Below, in pieces: positions 45,369 through 60,481 of a stretch of 64,000 nt of DNA. Source of the stretch: Ophelia neglecta. Lineage: Eukaryota. The notes under the pieces are model-generated. The model saw only the letters and a list, made by a program, of their open reading frames with translations. It did no database searches and was not told where the DNA came from. The stretch covers positions 22,320,001-22,384,000 of the forward strand of contig OZ260666.1 in NCBI GenBank assembly GCA_965285935.1, in the 5' to 3' direction. The position numbers were made by a program, and so were the translations under genes. The stretch's first letter is position 1. Each line of letters opens with the position of its first letter.

Positions 45369-46135
45369 AACAAGATGTCGCTGTGACTTTGGGTTTTGGA
45401 GATATAACCCCTGGAAAGCGACGAGACTTGAAACGCGATTATGTAAAAAAATAAACTCGAAAAGTAAGTGTTGGAGAGCTTATTGGACGATTACTTTTCG
45501 AAGTTCAACAGAATGCCGCCGGCGATAATTCTGAATCTTGGAACATGGACATGTGAGGGTCAAGGTAAAATGTGTGAAAAAGATGTAGAATTCTACTCCC
45601 GGTTGCAAAAACGAAAAAATACCTGACTTCATAACGTCATAGCGAACTGGACTGTTGTAAGTTCATATTATGGGGGCCATTTTGATTTTTACTAGACATC
45701 TGTATCACGTCCGGTTACGCAATACGTATCAAAAATAATGCAAAATGACTGCGATAAACCTCTTGAGAATCGCATAAAAACAAGGCTGGATCCACAAATG
45801 AGTAATCGACACGCAGGAATGTTGCGCTATGAAATGGCGCCAATATTTATTAAGTTTAATTTTCAGTGTCCCATTTGACCTTGTTCTTATTGCATTACTG
45901 GCTACTCAATATGCAGTTGTGTGTAGCGAAACCTAGCTTTAATATTTTATTTTCATCTTTGACAACATTAAAAAAACTGAAATTTAGACCATGGTTGTTC
46001 TAAAACTGACAACCAGATGTTGCTGTGACTTCCGGTTTCGGAAATATAAGAATCGAAGGAGACGAGACCTGAAACAAGATTTGGGATGTAGCCCAAAAAC
46101 TGAGCTTCGGAGAGTTTAACTGACGAATTTTTTTG
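45369..46135. repeat. Diverged ~130-bp direct repeat pair (45369-45500 and 46011-46135), probable non-autonomous DNA transposon subterminal repeats
   Basis: Shared agatgt.gctgtgactt.ggttt.gga.atataa...gacgagac.tgaaac. Confidence 0.55.
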
Positions 46136-46214
46136 GGGCACACAGCGAACCCCATATTCTCGATGGCCAACAGATTTAACCACAGCAAATTTTTTCTTAA
46201 TGTCTTTCAATTTT

Positions 46215-46630
46215 TAGAGAACACTACATGACCACATTAGCTGGTAGAACATTTCAGATAAGTTCAATAATGAAGAATTTGCTGCAGGACTATTTGTTAA
46301 TTGAAAAAGGCCTTTGATACAGTGGATCATGATATTCAATTTAACAAGTCAGAACACTATGGTATACGAGGGTATATTCAATAATGCTTTAAGAGTTACC
46401 TCACAAATAGGAAACAGGATACAATAGTCCATACCACTAAGTCTAAATTACAGGGGATTGAAAGTAGAGCAACCCATGGGTTTACACTCTATAGGGATCA
46501 TATTCACTTATGCAATGGCAAACAATAATATTCTTATATTTTTAAATGATACCAATATATATCTGAGTGCTATTATTACAGTTAATTAAAGGAGAAACAT
46601 TCAAATATTGATGAACACTTAAATTGGAAC
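46215..46630 (+). mobile_element. Decayed CR1-group RT fragment
   Basis: LKKAFDTVDHDI...EHYGIRG and SYLTNRKQ, with stops. Confidence 0.8.
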
Positions 46631-48486
46631 ACCGTTCATATCCATGCACAAGACACAATAGCGCTAACTATTTTCTAACTATGGAGCACTATTTGTGTGT
46701 ATCAAACGACTTTGTATGTACAAAGAATACATTTACACACACACGTATTCACAAAGTCACACACGTACACAAAGACACGTCTAGGCATATGCATACGTAT
46801 ATATGTGCATATCAATATGTGGCCCACATACAATTACATCTACTTAAAAAGTGGTGTTCCAATAAGACGCTTTGATAGCTACTACAGTACAAATTCATGT
46901 GCATACATCCATACACGTACATGTTTTCGTATGCATGCTATCAACTACAATATATACGGTCAAAATCAACACATGAAACATCAGCTAAATATGATATCAC
47001 AGAAACGCGTCTATAAAATGACAGACGGACAACATGTGCATTGGCAACATCGTGTGAAGCCGCGTCGCTACATTTTTTCGGAAATTTCCGATGTTAAGCA
47101 CTGTTATTTTCAGCCAATTCTCAATATGACAAAATACAATTATACTAGTAGTCAGATATTGGATAAACTTTGCCCTATAATAAAATTCAGGCATTAATGA
47201 GCAAAAGTTGGCAGATGGAGATTCTAGAACAATGGCTAGGACAATATGCTGCATCCGACGTTGGTGTCTGCCAAGCTTTTTCTGTGCCATTGACCTTCAA
47301 AATCCCAAAACAATAATGGCCGCCGATAATAAACTATTTAATTCAATATTTCAGCTTCTAGACCACTTAAAAAATTCAGGTTTCTATATATACCTATCTT
47401 TTCATGATCAAGGAGTTCAGATATGATATTTCTGAAATGGCAGCCTTGTTGGTTTCCAAGATGGCGGCCAAGTTTTAAATTAGCTGTTACCTTTTGGCCA
47501 TGCTGTTAAAACACAGATCTGCCCTGTAAGGCATGCAGCATAACTACACTTCGGGAAAGAACTGGTTTAGCTGCAAAATGATTTTTGATTCCTGTTTCCG
47601 GAAGGCTGCTAAAGATGAAGGTGCCAAGGCGGTGTATGAACCCGCCGCCTTATAAATTACTATAAATATCGTAGGTGATCGGCAGGAACACAACTCATGA
47701 GGTATCCAAGCCGGTTGAACCATGCCGGTATTTATTATGATCTAAACATAATATCTATTGATTTCGGCTAGCTCACAGTCAAGAAAAAATATTAATACCG
47801 GAATAAGCCTGTACAACATGAAAATTCCTCCTTTAATTATAGATTGCTAATTTAAAAATCTCAAGAAAATATCAAAAGTGTTAACCTGGGACTAGTTTGA
47901 AATTTGCTTTCAATTATTACTGTCTGGCCCCATATTACATGGAAAGCATAAAACACTATCGGGGCTAGGCAGTTTTATAGACTGATCGAAAGTTATATGT
48001 TTGTTCTTTCTTTCAAATATAACTAAACCTGTAATACATCAGTGCAAGCCCTCTCTTGAACAATATTTACAATCTTACTTAGTTTATTCGATATTAAAGA
48101 CCCTCTCAAGACAAGCGGGAGATATCACAAGTGAGTTTTTACAATGCACATAAATCGGTTCATGACATAAAAACATGAATCCATGATCATTAACATTCAG
48201 TCAGATTAGTGCTTTTCAAGTGTTTCTGCTTACAAATTACTTTCACCTATTTTAATATAGACCTGTTTATAATGAGCCTAATTGAAAACCTTGCCAAAAG
48301 TACTCAATGGTGGGTCGGTATACCTTAAGCGAGTGCAAGCCACCTGGCATGTCTTTTGCTGTTTTTAAATATGTAACCTAGTAATGAGATTGATGGGATC
48401 ACCATATATTTGCCCAAAATAAAAGTTTGGATACATAGAAATAAGTAAACATGATAAAATTTTTAGCGTATAGTCGTTAGCTTGGT

Positions 48487-51400
48487 GTCTCATTCAATAC
48501 TGAACAAAATCCTCGAAATTGATGAGCTTATTCTTTGTATGGCATGTTCAGATATGTATGATACCTATATGCTTGGATAATCATATGCTTGGATAATTTA
48601 CCGACTATAAAAATAGTTAACTTCCCGTGAATCCTGTATTATGAGAACCGAATTGGTCAAACAAACTATTATTTGTAGTAATAATTCTGTATGCCCACTG
48701 ATGCAACACAATGTCACATTTCCAAGAAGTAATAATTCTACACCTTAATCTCCCCTTGTGAGTTTGACACACCTGGTCCAAATGAGCTGGCCAAGATTGT
48801 ATTCATATTCTCAATAGCCTAATGGTAGGGGTAAATCCAGTCTTGTAAGCGGCAAAAAAAATATCTAAGAGGTCGTTAAACACACATGGGGGCTGTTAAT
48901 TTAGTGGTGGTAGTTAAAGGGGGGGGGGTCAAATTTACGTTTTACCTTTATGAGGCATTTAATTTTACAACTTCGAGTTACTGTCACAAGTGGGCTGAGG
49001 CAAGCATATTTGGACCTCACTTGCAAGTTTCCACTCCATGCCATAATATTCCCAAAAGGGACACAATATTTACATTACACCAATATTGGTCAATAAGCAG
49101 GTAGGTGTAAATATGTAGAATATGTTTAAATGACCGCCATTTTGGAAACGCCATGAGTATTTGCATGCAATTAAAAACATAATTTGTATATGTTTGCTAG
49201 GGTGCATAGTCTAATATATCTGGTATAGTAAAACAGACCCAACCTAATAAGCACTTAATATGTACACATGTATATGTACAGATGTGGACTAACCCTACAA
49301 TGGTGCCCATTTTGAAAATGCCAGGCATGTTAAAAAAATTTGATGCCATTAAAACATTTTGATATGTTGGTTATTGGCACACATTCACCATTACAGTAAA
49401 ACATACAGCATACTTTTTAAGCTCAAAAAAACGCTAAAAATGCCAAATGTAACAGCCATCTTGAAAAGGGCGACAAATATAATGGCTGTCAATTTAAAAA
49501 GTATCAAATTGGAGTCCCTTGACAATGATAAACATGGCTAGAGAATTGAAAAACCAAACTTCTAAATAACCATCAAGCTAAAAAATTATAAAAAATACCT
49601 TTTCATCGGCGATTTTTTTTTTGCAATTTTTAAGGTTAAGGACAAAAAAGTGTCGGTCAGACGCAAAAGTTGGAAATAGCTTAGTCAAATTTCCCTAAAA
49701 AGTCTGTCTGCCACTTTTTTACTTCAAAATGTCTGAGGGTGTTGGATTTTGTCAAAATCTGACTATTCTATAAATGCTCAAATAAAGAATTTACTTTAGG
49801 CATGAAGAATCGCTATTTTATCTTTGGCGTTGCCATGGCAACTAAATATAATCCGATTCGTACCAAAAGTTAACCAGGTTGTCTCCATCAATATTAGTCT
49901 CATCCCTGTCAATTTCAACTTTACAACTGTAATATGAAACGTCTTTAACTAACTGCAATGAATTTACAAACTATATACTCCCAGCAAGCATTGTGCTTTT
50001 TTTGGGAACAGTTTTTTTATTGGCCAAAATCTGTGTCTCGTAATGCTCAATATCAGGTCACGTCTGGGTTCATGTGTATCTAAAATGTGCGAATTGCAAA
50101 TTATGATCCTTCTACTCTTACGGAAATGAGGCTAGTACCACAGAATTGCTTCATGTAGAGGAATGGGTAGCCCTCTGACTTGTATCATTAATCGGCGTTT
50201 CAGCCTTGATCCTTGACTATCTGGGTTGACATGCGTGTTATAATGTCTCATTCAATACTGAACAAAATCCTCGAAATTGGCGAGCTTATTCTTTGTATGG
50301 CATGTTCAGATATGTATGATACCTATATGCTTGGATAATTTACCGACTATAAAAATAGTTAGCTTCCCGTGAATCCTGTATTATGAGAACCGAATTGGTC
50401 AAACAAACTATTATTTGTAGTAATAATTCTTTATGCCCACTGATGCAACACAATGTCACAATTCCAAGAAGTAATAATTCTACACCTTAATCTCCCCTTG
50501 TGCGTTTCACACACCTGGTCCAAATGAGCTGGCCAAGAATGTATTCATATTCTCAATAGCCTAATGGTAGGGGTAAATCCAGTCTTGTAAGCGGCAAAAA
50601 AAATATCTAAGAGGTCGTTAAACACACATGGGGGCTGTTAATTTAGTGGTGGTAGTTAAAGGGGGGGGGGGGGTCAAATTTACGTTTTACCTTTATGAGG
50701 CATTTAATTTTACAACTTCGAGTTACTGTCACAAGTGGGCTGAGGCAAGCATATTTGGACCTCACTTGCAAGTTTCCACTCCATGCCATAATATTCCCAA
50801 AAGGGACACAATATTTACATTACACCAATATTGGTCAATAAGCAGGTAGGTGTAAATATGTAGAATATGTTTAAATGACCGCCATTTTGGAAACGCCATG
50901 AGTATTTGCATGCAATTAAAAACATAATTTGTATATGTTTGCTAGGGTGCATAGTAAAATATATCTGGTATAGTAAAACAGACCCAACCTAATAAGCACT
51001 TAATATGTACACATGTATATGTACAGATGTGGACTAACCCTACAATGGTGCCCATTTTTAAAATGCCAGGCATGTTAAAAAAATTTGATGCCATTAAAAC
51101 ATTTTGATATGTTGGTTATTGGCACACATTCACCATTACAGTAAAACATACAGCATACTTTTTAAGCTCAAAAAACGCTAAAAATGCCAATTGTAACAGC
51201 CATCTTGAAAAGGGCGGCAAATATAATGGCTGTCAATTTAAAAAGTATCAAATTGGAGTCCCTTGACAATGATAAACATGGCTAGAGAATTGAAAAACCA
51301 AACTTCTAAGTAACCATCAAGCTAAAAAATTATATAAAATACCTTTTCATCGGCGATTTTTTTTTGCAATTTTTAAGGTTAAGGACAAAAAAGGGTCGGT

Positions 51401-51985
51401 CAGACACAAAGTTGGAAATAGCTTAGTCAAATTGCCCTAAAAAGTCTGTCTGCCAATTTTTACTTCAAAATGTCTGAGGGTGTTGAATTTTGTCAAAATC
51501 TGACTATTCTATAAATGCTCAAATAAAGAATTTACTTTAGGCATGAAGAATCGCTATTTTATCTTTGGCGTTGCCATGGCAACTAAATATAATCCGATTC
51601 GTACCAAAAGTTAACCAGGTTGTGTCCATCAATATTAGTCTCATCCCTGTCAATTTCAACTTTACAACTGTAATATGAAACGTCATTAACTAACTGCAAT
51701 AAATTTACAAACTATATACTCCCAGTAAGCATTGTGCTTTTTTTGGGAACAGTTTTTTTATTGGCCAAAATCTGTGTCTCGTAATGCCCAATATCAGGTC
51801 ACGTCTGGGTTCATGTGTATCTAAAATGTGCGAGTTGCAAATTATGATCCTTCTACTCTTACGGAAATGAGGCTAGTACCACAGAATTGCTTCATGTAGA
51901 GGAATGGGTAGCCCTCTGACTTGTATCATTAATCGGCGTTTCAACCTTGATCCTTGACTATCTGGGTTGACATGCGTGTTATAAT
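48487..51985. repeat. Head-to-tail tandem duplication of ~1.75 kb (48487-50244, 50245-51985)
   Basis: Near-identical copies with scattered SNPs; a 17-bp internal duplication occurs only in copy 1. Confidence 0.95.
49100..49770. mobile_element. One end of a DNA transposon with a ...CTA terminus (Academ-like); repeated at ~50840-51511
   Basis: Ends tgactattcta (TAGAATAGTCA on the minus strand) and is preceded by many gccatttt/aaaatgc motifs. Family assigned from recalled terminus only. Confidence 0.35.
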
Positions 51986-54786
51986 ATACACGAGTTCCCT
52001 CCATGTGTATCATACACACACTGCCACGTCAAAGGCGGTGGGGAATATACCATGATTTTTTTGCGTTTCAAGTAATTGATAACTATTCCACTGACATGAA
52101 AGCTATAGCAAGCGACCATCTGATCATTCGCCATCCATTCAGATGGGTAAAAATCCAGTACTATGCTAGTATCATTATTCAATAATAAACCACTCGCGGT
52201 TATTGACGTAATTGAGTGTGTAGCGGCATAGTTATCCTACCCGTTCATTATAAAAGGAGAGTATTATACGGATGTAGTATCTAGCTGGCCATTTTGTCTT
52301 CGATAGGGGTATAGTATGGGTTGGAACATGTCCCAAAGATGGTAGCTGATAAGCAATTGAAGGTCGATTTACAATGTACAAATTTGGTGTATTCTTAGTG
52401 TGTATTAGCTGGAATACTAGGAAATAGACAACTGGTGATAATCTATCAATTTAATGTGAGTTAGGTAAACATGACACCCTGTCAAAAAAAAATTATATTT
52501 TTTGTATTATAGTTCATTTACATATAAGTTGAAAACTATCAAACAATATTTTGTAAAATAAAATGAAAAATAATATACATGCTTGTGGAAGTCAATACAA
52601 TGTGATAAAAACAAAGCATTACACCTGTGCTTTTGATACAATATATCGACAATTCTAATACAATATCTCAGTATATATGTACGTATACAAATTTGTAATT
52701 TCTATGATTTTATGGGTTTATTAGACTTTAATGTGCCAAATTTTGGGGGACACCGATTTGGTTCGGATTGGCCGAAAGTCCGGATGCGAGGGGTTCGGAT
52801 ACGAGGGCTTGTACTGTATGTAAAAAAATTATTTTTAGTTTCTTGCCTTATATACCTTTATTGACAATATATTGACTTTGTCACGATTCGTTCTTTCCTG
52901 CGCTCATTCCAGCCATAATTCATTCTTTTGTTATATTCCAATACATTTTCTCGTAGACAGCTGGTTTAATCATCATTCATTATAATGATCTGCTCATGTT
53001 TCAGCTTGACGCACAAAACTAGCATATTATTATTTATGGTATCAATTGCCGGCTAGACTAGTTAAAGTGGGGTGATTTGTCTGTTTGGCGTACACAATGA
53101 CACATTGAATTTTGCTCGTAAGCCATCCGATTTGAAGTTAAATGAACATACCAGTGTCAGTTAAGCTCGCGCTATGTTAATACATACACTGGTTGCTTCA
53201 GGAGCAAATGTATGGAACATTCCATTTTAATTAGGAGAGAAGGTGATTCCTTCCTTGACAAGAAACTCATACGACCCGAAGGCACGTAGAAAATATATGC
53301 GAAGGAATATTTAACTTGCAGCATTTTGGAATGCTTCAGTTGTAAATCAATTTCCGAGGTCACTTCTTTTCCTGACAAATATGTTTACCTCTCCCCACCT
53401 CCCTCCCCTCCCATCGCAACGTCGTTTTTATATGCAGGTTGGATGCAACTGATGTTATATCGGACGAATCGCATTACTTTATTTGTTTGATATGGGACAA
53501 CGAGGCCTGGGACGAAAAATGGGAAGCTCTAAAGTTCATGTGACCTTATATATTACACACATTAATACTTAATAGGCATATACTGCATGAAAAGTCATTT
53601 GTATTGTTCAAACTAAAAATTCACATACTGCAGGTGACAAAGATATGCTGAAATATATGGAACGGTCCCCTTCGAAAACTTGGTATTTCTATGATTCAAT
53701 GCAATGAAGGTTCTGTTTGTGCTTCGTCGTGAGAAACTCCTTCGTTTATCTTTAGAAATTTGTTATAAAATACCCCGTTTTAATTCATTCCTGACATCGA
53801 AAGATAATGTAAATTACTCAGGTTGTAGAAGTTGTAGAGCAAGTTGCTACAACCGGTGACACTGACAAACTATCAAACAATTAAGGTTAACATACGTGGA
53901 TCCATTTTAGCTCGATCCGCGCAGAATGAAAACATTGTATCCATTGAAGGTACATATGAAAGAGGAATGCATGCCAAATCTCTCCCCCTTTCAATCAAAT
54001 CAAGAAGTCAGAGTCTCTAAAGGAAGGGAACAACTGTACGACTATCAAGCAATAATAATGTGTGCTTCATGACGTTTGCCCACAATTGCAGTAAATTCAT
54101 TTATTACCCAACCGAGGTCGTTGGTTAAAGCATAAGTTCCCACTTATGCTGGGGGTCTAATTAAGCTTAGGGATTAAGTAAATATAAATTTAAAAAAACC
54201 TAGTTTATAGTGTTTATACATCGAGCGTTGGTATAATAAAATCTCTAGAGGCTTGTCAACACCATGTGAGCCCCATATATCCCTCATGACGTTTTTGGCA
54301 AACACAACGAGCAAGAAAATGTCGCCAATTTTGCAAAGTTCGTGGACAATTTTCTGCTTTAGATTTCCTATAAATATAGAGTGTTAAGTCGCTAATTTCA
54401 CGCATCCTTTAAATCCACTCAGTAAATAGTTTACACTGTGGGTGTAATAAGCCTAATTCCTGCACTGAACTAACCGAAATTCTGGACTGAACCATCCATT
54501 ATATTCCAGCATATTTGATAAAGGGACATATATCTTATTTTATGTTTTCGTAGTTGGGATGGCAAATGTACCGTCATTTGTGGATAATATTTAAATTATT
54601 CGTTATCTTCCAAGGTCGCCAATAATAATTATGAAACATTTATAATATCAATATTGTCTACGAGCAACTAGAAGTTAGCACATTTTATTTAATGTTGATA
54701 ATTAGTTGCCTTGGGACCAGTGAGCAACCCCATCCCACCCCCCTTCCGTCCCTCGCTGAGGAAACTAAGTTTTGAGGAGAACTTAA

Positions 54787-57700
54787 AATCATTTTAACCA
54801 TAGGACCATTAGGACGCATACGCACATTCTAGGGTCAAAGTCACGGACAAATTTGACCTGTCAGAGTAAAAGGATATCATTCTTTATTTTGTTTTTAATC
54901 AAAAGGGAAGAAGCTTTATGAGAATTTTATGCGAATTTTATTCAGAATGATAAACCTTATAGACCTGTATGGTGGGCATGTCCAGATTATCGGTTTATTT
55001 GTCTGTCGGTCCATGTACTGAAGGATCGCCTTCTTTAATATGCGAGTTTATCACCAAAGATCAAAGGTAGACATTCAACAGCATAAATAACATAGTCTTC
55101 TGAAGACATGACTTGAGATTTGAACTTTACTGGTAATCAGGATAGTTTGAATTGTGGGACAGGGCCCGGTTAATGCGAGTGGTCGGACTCTTTACTCCGA
55201 TTAAAATCAACAGTGCTTCATCACTTTTAACGTGCTATAAGGATTGCTGTAAACTGGATATGGTTTTAATCCAATTCGATACTTAACTTAATCTTGGACC
55301 TTGGGAAGGTTCCAGAAACAACGAGTGATGCAGATATCGCCTAATCGGTAATGGCTTATCTAAACTTACTACCATTTCAAAACCGGGACCAGGAAACTTT
55401 CTCGTGGATTACGAAATTTCACTTAACCCCAAATCTCCCTCATTCTATTTACCTAGTAAGGCTAAATTTATCACTAATCAGAGTCAACTCCGAATTCTCA
55501 GGTCGAAAGAAGTGAAATTAAGCCAGAGAAATTTGCCTGCTCATGAAAATTCGTTGCTTTTACATTACTGGTCAGTCAAAAGAAAATCGATATATGCCTA
55601 CTATTGTCGAGGTTTTTGCATGCACGTCATCCTTTGTGGCAATTTGCACTTGATACTTAATGATATGATGTCCAAAATAGGTAACTGAGAGTCAGGATTT
55701 GCTGTTATTGCTAATTTTCCGAGGGGTGCGGGAGGGAAACTCCAGATCACTGAAGCTTTGCTATAGGTCGAGCTTTGTCCAATCATATTCCCAATTTGAA
55801 GCGTGTATCTCAACAGTGTGAATGTAAGTCAAGAAATAAAGGTCAGGCGAGTCGGATTGGGGGCGGTTGGGATGGGTGGACAGGTAGAACCCCCTTCACA
55901 AGGGATTCCCGTGTATGGCTTCCTTGGTATCAGGAATCGATCATGGAACTGATTCTTGTTCTACCAAAATTCTTGAATCCGCCTCTTTAGTGTGTTTACT
56001 TTCTGACAACAAACATGTATAGTCCATGAAGACTACTTGGACTTTAACCGTCTGTGATCCTGATAGGCCTGTAGGCCTACACAGCTATGGCTTGGTGTTA
56101 AAATTTGCATTCGAACTCAGAAAGAGGTTGGCTCCTTTCACATGTTTCAAAATGGACTTTATATCATATTCAATACAAATCTAGCCTGAAGAAGGGCCAC
56201 TCCTCTTTAAGAAAACTTACAATGTGATCACTTTTCAGGGGATTCAGCCGCAATGATAGACCCAAGACAGCTGAACCATACCTGATTTCGTAATTTACAT
56301 TATATTTAATACCTTAATCCTCGGCGCCGATCTGATCAAGAAAGGAGTGTATTATAATTTTTTTAATAAGCCTGCAGGTGAAATATCATCAACCAGTTTT
56401 ATTATCTTTTCAGAGGGAAGGTATATTATGCACTGCATTTATATTGCTTAAAAAATATTTCATAAATATCGAAAGTTACGTAATGCCTATCAATGATGGC
56501 AATCGATCTACAAAGCAGTGTTATTTTAGAAGTCAGAAGGGCACCACAACACTTTATCAAATCTATCTTAAATATAATAGGTTAGTTACTGTGTACAACC
56601 CTGGAAAACATCTGAAGGCATCTCCATGTTTTATTGGATATTAATGTGACACTGGGTGCCCCCCCCCCCCCCGTGAATAACAAGTCTTTACTCCACAGTC
56701 GGCGTTTAATGGCCAAGTCTGCTTAAGGAAGACATACAATTAATTCTCTTTTAGACAATGTTAGAATAATATACAGGTCCATGAAGTACAAGGAAAAGCT
56801 GCAAATACTTTTGGATGAAAAAAAAAACTTGTGGATACCGTTGTTTGCCAGCATGAGTTCTACAATTTATATATGAATATATATATATAAGGGTATAAGT
56901 GTTTCCAAGGCTCGTAGACACCTCTATGCCGAAAGTCCCTGGGAGAAGGACACAATGAACTCAGCCACCTGACTGTCAGTGCGGTGATAGTGCTGACTTC
57001 TAGCGAATAGGAGGCGAAGCAATTTACCAGAATCATAACATCAGCTAACTGGAGTAGTTCAGGACACGCACACCCTCACATTATTCTTAAGTCCTTGCTT
57101 GGTAAGTCATACTTAGAAACTAAGCACTGGGGTTGTCCAGGACTCGAACACCTTCACATTTTATTGGAGTTTAAGACAAGGCTGAGCAATAATTTGAAAT
57201 TATTTGGATGGAAATTACACTATGAGAAGGTTTTTGTCTATTTTATGCAGGCGTTGAAAATATAAGAGAAAGGTTCGGTTGCCTGATAGATTTGGTTTAT
57301 TCTCATAAACTACATGAAACCGAGAGGCAACAAAAGTCGCCATCAATTCACCCAACCTGCAATACAATTCGCCATCTGGTGGGCATCGCAGAACTACGAT
57401 CGCGCAATGCATTGCGGGAAAAAAGTCGACCAAAACAGTAGGCGTACCCAAGCTGTCATAAACATTGCATGGCGTCTTACATGGTCTGCTGAGATCGTCG
57501 CGGTATAACGTTATTTTGAGGTTACAATGGTTGTAGTACAATGGAATGAGAACATGTTGACGAGCGCGCCACTTCTCCCGAGCCAAGTATGGATGAGTCT
57601 GCAAGACAGAAGGCAATTTCCCAGTTTCCGATGATTGAGAATGACAGAAGATGATGCAGTAACTAAAAGCTCAATAGAAGGCGGTGGGCCTCCTGATCAT

Positions 57701-60481
57701 GTCTAGGGGGTACAAGGCGTCCGGTGACGTCGACCTGCACCGGTTCTCCTGCCCATATAGGAGGCAGTTACTAACTAAAGACGACTAAGCTACTTCCCTA
57801 CGTAGCTTTAATTGCCATAAGAAAACTCTTACTTTCATCAGAGACGACATATTATGCCGAAAATGATTTAAATATGGTTCGCGAAATGTTCCTTCTCGCG
57901 AAAATATCATGCTTTCAGTAGTGTCATCTACAGGCGAACCGACTCTATAATCTACAAACATATTGATAGAAATAAATTAATCATTTTAACCATAGGACCA
58001 TTCTAGGGTCAAAGTCGTGGACAGATTTGACCTGTCAGAGTAAAAGGATATCATTCTTTTCTTTTTTTTTTATCAAAAGGGAAGTAGCTTTATGCGATTT
58101 TTACGCGAATTTTTTTTCAGAATGATAAACTTAATAGACCTGTATGGTGGGCATGTCCAGATTATCGGTTTATTTGTCTGTCGGTCCATGTACTTAAGGA
58201 TCGCCTTCTTTAATATGCGAGTTTATCACCAAAGATCAAAGGTAGACATTCAACAGCATAAATAACATAGTCTTCTGAAGACATGACTTGAGCTTTGAAC
58301 TTTACTGGTAATCAGGGTAGTTTGAATTGTTAGACAGGGCCTGGTTTGTGCGAGTGGTCGGACTCTTTACTCCGATTAAAATCAACAGTGCTTCATCACT
58401 TTTAACGTGCTATAAGGATTGCTGTAAGATTCCAGCAACAACGAATGATGCAGATATCGCCTAGGTAATGGGCTTATCTAAACTTACTACCATTCCAAAA
58501 CCGGGTCCAGGGAACTTTCTCGTGAATTACGAAAATTCACTTAACCCTAAATCTCCCTCATTCTATTTACCTAGTAAGGCTAAATTTATCACTACTCATA
58601 GTCAACTCCGAAATCTCAGGTCGAAAGAAGTGAAATTAAGCCAGAGAAATTTGCCTGCTCAAGAAAATTCGTTGCTTTTACATTACTGGTCAGTCAAAAG
58701 AAAATCGATATATGCCTACTATTGTCGAGGTTTTTGCAAGCACGTCAACCTTTGTGGCAATTTGCACTTGATACTAAATGATATGATTCCAAAATAGGTA
58801 CGTGAGAGTCAGGATTTACTGTTATTGCTAATTTTCCGAGGGGTGCGGGAGGGAAACTCCAGATCAGTGAAGCTTTGCTAAAGGTCGAGCCTTGTCCAAT
58901 CATATTCCCAATTTGAAGCGTGTATCTCAACAGTCTGAATAAGTCAAGAGATAAAGGTCAGGCGAGTAGGAGTGGGGGCGGTTGGGATGGGTGGAGAGGT
59001 AGAACCCCCTTCACAAGGTTTTCCCGAGTATGGCTTCCTTGGTATCAGGAGTCGATCGTGGAACTGACTCTTGTTCTACCAAAATTCTTGAATCCGCCTC
59101 TTTAGTGTGTTTACTTTCTGACAACAAACATATATAGTCCATGAAGATTACTTGGACTTTAACCGTCTGTGATCCTGATAGGCCTGTAGGCCTTCACAGC
59201 TGAGGCTTGGTGTTAAAATTTGCATTGGAACTAAGAAAGAGGTTGGCTCCTGTCACATGTTTCAAAATGGACTTTATATCATATTCAATACAAATCTAGC
59301 CTGAAGAAGGGCCACTCCTCTTTAAGAAAACTTACAATGTGATCACTTTTCAGGGGATTCAGCCGAAATGATTAACCCAAGACAGCTGAACCATACCTCA
59401 TTTCGTAATTTACATTATATTTAATAACTTAATCCTCGGCGCCGATCTGATCAAGAAAGAAGTGTATTATAATTTTTTGAATAAGCAGGTGAAATATTAT
59501 CAACCTGTTCAGTTTTATTATCTTTTCAGAGGGAAGGTATATTATGCACTGCATTTATATTGCTTAAAAAATATTTCATAAATATCGAAAGTTACGTTAT
59601 GCCTATCAGTGATGGCAATCGATCTACAAAGCAGCGCTATTTTAGAAGTCAGAAGTGCACCATAACACTTTATCAAATCTATCTTAAATATAATAGGTTA
59701 GTTACTGAGTACAACCCTGGAAAACATCTGAAGGCATCTCCATGTTTTATTGGATATTAATGTGACACTGGGTGCCCCCCCCCCCCCCCCCCCCCGTGAA
59801 TAACAAGTCTTTTCTTCACAGTCGGCGTTTAATGGCCAAGTCTGCTTAAGGAAGACATACAATTAATTCTCTTTTAGACCATGTCAGAATAATATATAGG
59901 TCCATGAAGTACAAGGAAAAACTGCAAATACTTTTGGATGATAAAAAAACTTGTGGATACCGTTGTTTTCCATCATGAGTTCTACAATTTATATATGAAT
60001 ATATATATATATAAGGGTATAAGTGTTTCCAAGGCACGTAGACACCTCTATGCCGAAAGTCCCTGGGAGAAGGACACAATAAACTCAGCCACCTGACTGT
60101 CAGTGCGGTGATAGTGCTGACTTCTAGCGAACAGGAGGCGAAGCAATTTACCAGAATCATAACATAAGCTAACTGGAGTAGTTCAGGACACGCACACCCT
60201 CACATTATTTTTAAGTCCTTGCTTGGTAAGTCATACTTATTTAAGAAGAAACTAAGCACTGGGGTTGTCCAGGACTCGAACACCTTCACATTTTATTGGA
60301 GTTTAAGACAAGGCTGAGCAATAATTTGAAATTATTTGGATGGAAATTACACTATTAGAAGGTTTTTTTCTATTTTATGCAGGCGTTGAAAATATAAGAG
60401 AAAAGTCCGGTTGCCTGATATATTTGGTTTATTCTCATAAACTACGTGAAACCGAGAGGCAAAAAAAAATCGCCATCAATT
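54787..60481. repeat. Diverged ~2.5-kb direct duplication (54787-57348 and 57979-60481)
   Basis: Colinear throughout, with many substitutions and indels (e.g. ~60 bp at 55250-55310 missing from copy 2); ~630-bp unique spacer between copies. Confidence 0.95.
56906..57348 (+). mobile_element. Truncated left TIR of the same foldback element
   Basis: caaggctcgtagacacctctatgccgaaagtccc... matches 60030 onward; similarity stops at 57348. Confidence 0.85.

Noticed and set aside
46624-47426. Cluster of 70-166-aa ORFs
   Set aside because: CA/TA-rich low-complexity sequence and transposon debris; no recognisable domain.
55404-59760. Paired short ORFs in the duplicated segments
   Set aside because: Similarity simply reflects the DNA duplication; starts and stops differ between copies and no domain is recognisable.
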